A stretch of 64,000 nt of DNA from Gemmatimonadota bacterium (GTDB lineage: Bacteria > Gemmatimonadota > Gemmatimonadetes > Longimicrobiales > Gaopeijiaceae). Shown one piece after another: positions 60,110 to 64,000 of this stretch. Below the pieces are notes generated by a model. It was not told the DNA's origin. It saw nothing but the letters and a program-made list of their open reading frames with translations, and did not search any database. The stretch's first letter is position 1. The number at the start of each line of letters is the position of its first letter. Made by a program: the position numbers and the translations under genes. The DNA is taken from assembly GCA_034521595.1 (NCBI GenBank), contig JAXHMG010000003.1:1280001-1344000 (forward strand). Reading direction: 5' to 3'.

Positions 60110-63100
60110 ATGCACACGCTGACCCCCGATCCATCCACCCTCGGGATCCAGACGCCGCAGATCGGGCCCTGGTTCTCCTCCGACACCGTCGAGTTGCCGG
60201 TCGCCGACGACCGCCTCGCCGTGCCGCTCACGCTCGACGGCGGTGTGGCCTGGCTCCCTCCGGCGGGCGGGCTGCTCTCCTTCCGCATCGCGACGCCCGA
60301 CCGACCTCGGCGCTTGGCGGGCTTGCGCGACGGCGCGGGCGAGCCGGCCTTCGACGACGGTCACCTGGTCGCCGAGTTCCGCTTGCTCCCCGAGGTGGAG
60401 GCGCGCATCGATCGGCTGATGCGTGTGCTTCCGACCCTCGCCGGCGACGACGCCGCGGGCGAAGGCCGCACGCGACCCCGCGTTCGCACGTTCGCCCTGG
60501 AGATCATGACGGCGTCCCCGTCGTGGACGATGCTCGAGTCGCTCCTGCCGGCGACCTTCGGCCTCCCGGGTAGCTCGACCGCGGAGAACGTGGCGCACGT
60601 CGGGCTGACGGGGACGGCGCCGCTCGGCAACGGCCCCAAGCCCATGGGGGACCTGAAGCGAACCGGGAAGCTCATCGGCGCCTTCGAGCAGCTGCTCCAC
60701 TTCCCGACCAGCACGGACGTGAAGCTCTGGGCATTCGACCACCGCGGCCGGGCCCTGGACCCCGGAGCGGTGGCCTGCTGGTGGCTCTTCCTGGCCACAC
60801 ACGCCGACAACGGCTTCGACGGCCTCTGGGCGGAAGGGCTGGAAACGGGAGACCAGCGGACGGCCCCGATCGCCACGGATGCGGACGAGCTCGTCCTGCA
60901 CCTCGTGGATCCCCAGGGCGGCGCTCCGCTGGAGCCGACTCTGGCCCGCATCGACGGCGCCAACCTCGACGGAACCGGCACCGTCCGTCGCCGGGGAGCC
61001 GAGGACGAGGCGGCGACGCTGTCCTTTACCGACCCACCCACCGATGACCCCGACGATCTACCGGTGCCGCGCATGGCGCTCCTGCCCGACGGCGTGTTCG
61101 GGGAGACGGTCTCCGTATGGCCCACGGGCACGGTGGACCCGATCCTCCGTCGCGACTTCGCGAGGGTCGCCGCCCTCTCCGTAGAGCTCGCCCTGACCGG
61201 CCAGCGCCGTACGCCCGCGCCGGGCTCCACCCCCACGGCCGCGGACGAGCGGCGCGCCGAGGATCAGGCCAGGACGTCCACGCGTGTATCCGTCGCACGG
61301 GCCGAGCGGACGGACGCCCTACTCGACACGCACGAGGAGGTCATCGCGGGGTTTCGGGAGGTCTTCGAGGGGCCGGAAGCGACGGACCTGGCCACCGGCG
61401 TGCTCGAGGCCGGATGGGGCCCGATCACGCCCGCGCTTCCGGACGAGGATCCTCCGACGGCCGCCCCCGACTTCACCGTAGAGCCGCTGCAGGGCGGAGG
61501 CGTGGACGACGGTGGGACGGTCGTCGATCAGAAGGCGCTGGTTACCTCGACGCTCGACGCATCTCTGGAAGGCGCCTGGGTGAGGGTCTGGACGCAGGGC
61601 TTCGACCGGGAGCGGGCGGAGCACTTCAAGATGGACGGGGGCGCCGGCCGCGTCGCCGACGACGGGACGGTGCGCCTGGTCACGCGACTGCCCGACGGAG
61701 CCGTGGATCCGTCCACGCCCATGGGCATGGACGTCATGGTGGTCACCGACCGGGGCGCACGGCACTTCGCCGACGTGCGCTTCGACCGGCCGGCCCCCGT
61801 CGGAGGTGACCCCGCGGCGCTCACCGAGTCGGACGGCACGCCCCGATCCGGCACGACCAGCGGGCTCGACCTCGGCTCGGCGGTCGTCGTGTGTGAGACG
61901 GGCGTCTCCCACGCGAGCCTTCCGCTCCCCGACGACTCCGTGCCCTCCGGATCGTCCCTCGTCGCCCTGACATCGCCGCCGACATTGGTGGATGCCTCGA
62001 CGCTGCCCACGGCGGCCCGCGTAGCCGCGCTCGGGGGCGTGCTCGAACCCGAAGACCGCGTGCGCCTCGTCGAGCCGGCCTTCCAGTCGAGTCCCAGGGG
62101 CGACGCCGCCGAGGACCTCGCCCCCGCCACCGTCCATGCGACGGATCGGAGGGACAGCTCGGCGTGGGAGTCCGGCTTCCCCCTGCCCTCCATGGAGCGT
62201 CTCGAGTCCGTGGCGTCCAATGTGGGCGATGCCGAGGGCCGGGGGGCCGTCGGCGCCGTGCCCGCTCTTTCGCGCTACCATGACTTCCTGCATCACCGCC
62301 ACGGCAATCCGAATGCTCCCGCCGCGCCGGACACGCACGGGACCGGGGTGAGGGTGCGCGGGCCGGCAGCCCGCCTGCTCGCCGAGTACGCCCGGGATCG
62401 CACGAGCGAGAGCACGTTGGACCTCGTCGCCCGAGCGGCCACGCCCGTGCCGGAACCGTCCGACGTGGACGGCGACGCCCTCTGGATCGCCGGCCTCCGA
62501 ACGGTGGCCGCGGGGGTGGAGGGCGAGGTCGGGCTCGGCGTGCTGGCGGACGCGAGCATCGCCGGCTTCGACCCCTACCCGCTGGGAGACGCGTGGACGA
62601 GCGTCCAGGCCTGGATCGAGGACAAGATCGGCACGCTCCCCTCGGAGCTGGACGACACCACCGCAGCGGTGGACAGCATCGTGCGCGCGCTCGACCGTCG
62701 CTTCCTGGCCGCGACGCGGGGAGCGCGCGAGGGCGCCACGTCCCTCCAGGCCGCCCTCGGCAGGGCCCAGGACATCGTCTACATCGAGACTCCCGCCTTC
62801 GACGCCCGCGCGTTCGACGACGGCGACGACAGGCTCGACCTCTGGTCCACACTGGTCCAGCGGATGAAGGACAATCGAGCGCTCCACCTCGTGATCTGTG
62901 CGCCCGTATGGTTGCTCGACGGTGCTCCGGCACCGCTTCAGAGGGTACGGGACGCCATCATGAACGAGGCTCTGTCAGCACTTCAGGAAGGCTCCACCGG
63001 AACGGCCGTCCCGACGCTGGAGGAACGCGTGGCCACCTTCTCTCCGGCGGCGGGCCCCGGACGCTCCCTGCGCATCGCATCCACCTCCGTCGTGGTCGAC

Positions 63101-63523
63101 GACGCCTACGCCTTCACCGGCTCGACCCACCTATGGCGGAGGGGCCTGAGCTTCGACTCGTCGTACGCGGTCGCCGCATTCGACGAGCGCGTCCGGGACG
63201 GCCGGCCCGCGGCCGTGACCAGCTTCCGGAGGCGGTTGCTGGCCGGACGCCTCGGGGTCGAGCTCGGGGGCGTCCCCGACGACCCCGTGCAGATCGTGCG
63301 GGCGGTCCGGGACCTCTCTTCCCGGGGCGGCTTCGGCCGGCTCGCCGCCGAGCGGATCCGGGCACCCGACCCCACGCTCACCACCTCCACGGATCCGTCG
63401 ACGATCAGCGACGTCGATCTCTGGGATCCCGACGGGAGCCCGCCGGCGAGCTTCAACCCCGTGGAGTGGATCGCCGGCATGCTGACCACCGTGCAGACCG
63501 AGGAGCTCACACCGGCGCCGTAG
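60110..63523 (+). CDS. Hypothetical protein (1137 aa) with a C-terminal degenerate phospholipase D-like fold; operon gene 4
   Basis: GAGGA RBS, 9 nt after the gene 3 stop. H.TGVRVRGPAA, AQDIVYIETP.F, RIASTSVVVDD....GSTH...R....DS. Confidence 0.78.
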   Translation: MHTLTPDPSTLGIQTPQIGPWFSSDTVELPVADDRLAVPLTLDGGVAWLPPAGGLLSFRIATPDRPRRLAGLRDGAGEPAFDDGHLVAEFRLLPEVEARIDRLMRVLPTLAGDDAAGEGRTRPRVRTFALEIMTASPSWTMLESLLPATFGLPGSSTAENVAHVGLTGTAPLGNGPKPMGDLKRTGKLIGAFEQLLHFPTSTDVKLWAFDHRGRALDPGAVACWWLFLATHADNGFDGLWAEGLETGDQRTAPIATDADELVLHLVDPQGGAPLEPTLARIDGANLDGTGTVRRRGAEDEAATLSFTDPPTDDPDDLPVPRMALLPDGVFGETVSVWPTGTVDPILRRDFARVAALSVELALTGQRRTPAPGSTPTAADERRAEDQARTSTRVSVARAERTDALLDTHEEVIAGFREVFEGPEATDLATGVLEAGWGPITPALPDEDPPTAAPDFTVEPLQGGGVDDGGTVVDQKALVTSTLDASLEGAWVRVWTQGFDRERAEHFKMDGGAGRVADDGTVRLVTRLPDGAVDPSTPMGMDVMVVTDRGARHFADVRFDRPAPVGGDPAALTESDGTPRSGTTSGLDLGSAVVVCETGVSHASLPLPDDSVPSGSSLVALTSPPTLVDASTLPTAARVAALGGVLEPEDRVRLVEPAFQSSPRGDAAEDLAPATVHATDRRDSSAWESGFPLPSMERLESVASNVGDAEGRGAVGAVPALSRYHDFLHHRHGNPNAPAAPDTHGTGVRVRGPAARLLAEYARDRTSESTLDLVARAATPVPEPSDVDGDALWIAGLRTVAAGVEGEVGLGVLADASIAGFDPYPLGDAWTSVQAWIEDKIGTLPSELDDTTAAVDSIVRALDRRFLAATRGAREGATSLQAALGRAQDIVYIETPAFDARAFDDGDDRLDLWSTLVQRMKDNRALHLVICAPVWLLDGAPAPLQRVRDAIMNEALSALQEGSTGTAVPTLEERVATFSPAAGPGRSLRIASTSVVVDDAYAFTGSTHLWRRGLSFDSSYAVAAFDERVRDGRPAAVTSFRRRLLAGRLGVELGGVPDDPVQIVRAVRDLSSRGGFGRLAAERIRAPDPTLTTSTDPSTISDVDLWDPDGSPPASFNPVEWIAGMLTTVQTEELTPAP

Positions 63524-63632
63524 CGTTCTGGATCCCCACGGAGCGCCTTGGCGGCGACGCCTTGCGGGACCGGCCCGGGCGTGAATAGTTACTAGCCGTC
63601 ACGGCTCCTGCCCCACCCCGGCCCCCACCTCG

Positions 63633-64000
63633 ATGCTCAACTACATCTGGTCCGGGCTGATCATCGCCAGCGTCGTCTTCGCCCTGTGGTTCGACGTGGG
63701 CGACCTCACCCGCGACACGTACCGGAACGGCCAGGCCCTCCCGGTCGAGCTCCTCCTTCCCGAAGACTACGACCCGGCGGCGCGGACCGTCCCGGTGGAG
63801 ATCCGCGTCGAGCCGGACGAGTACAGGGACTTCTACGGCACCGACGGCGCTCCGGCGGATGCCTATCGCGGCCAGCTCCTCCAAACCCGCGAGGGGAGGC
63901 AGCTCCGCTTCGAGGCCGAGGCCGAGCTCCCCGAGCCGCTGGCCACCATCCGGGAGGTGTCGAGCTCACAGGAAGGCGAGCTCCAGGGCACCCTGACCGA
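63633..64000 (+). CDS. SpmA-like / nucleoside-recognition (Gate) membrane protein, N-terminal part (runs off the window end)
   Basis: Manual translation MLNYIWSGLIIASVVFALWFDVGDL..., open to the window end. Confidence 0.6.
   Translation, partial: MLNYIWSGLIIASVVFALWFDVGDLTRDTYRNGQALPVELLLPEDYDPAARTVPVEIRVEPDEYRDFYGTDGAPADAYRGQLLQTREGRQLRFEAEAELPEPLATIREVSSSQEGELQGTLT

Noticed and set aside
47050-63523. Assigning the operon to T6SS, eCIS, Tc toxin or a prophage tail
   Set aside because: No recognisable sheath, tube, VgrG/PAAR, baseplate, RHS/YD or SpvB motifs.

Overview
High-GC bacterial DNA. The SusC/SusD pair, lipoprotein style and acidic proteins suggest Gemmatimonadota, but this is inference. 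No database or HMM search was run, so all family calls come from motif recognition. The window has five zones. (1) 1-17 kb: a SusC/SusD pair, a GlcG-type heme-binding protein and a trehalose/alpha-glucan cluster (glk, GH15, GH65, beta-PGM-like HAD, otsB, treY, GH57). (2) 17-25.6 kb: an orphan infC with an ATC start codon, followed by membrane, secreted and lipoprotein genes. (3) About 25.6-43.4 kb: a decayed accessory region around tRNA-Pro(TGG), with many gene fragments, IS3 and ISL3 remnants, two intact toxin-antitoxin pairs and an intact two-gene tetrathionate-reductase-like locus whose fused subunits carry internal twin-arginine motifs. (4) 43.5-46.7 kb: SRAP, a heme-c/copper monooxygenase-like protein and a DUF2235 (Tle1-like) lipase. 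(5) 47.0-63.5 kb: a 16.5-kb, tightly linked four-gene operon of large signal-less proteins: a lectin-like propeller protein (742 aa), a beta-rich DUF6603-like protein with an embedded OmpA-like domain (2502 aa), an FN3/Ig-like repeat protein (1106 aa) and a protein ending in a catalytically degenerate phospholipase D fold (1137 aa). This operon is the best candidate for an undescribed system.
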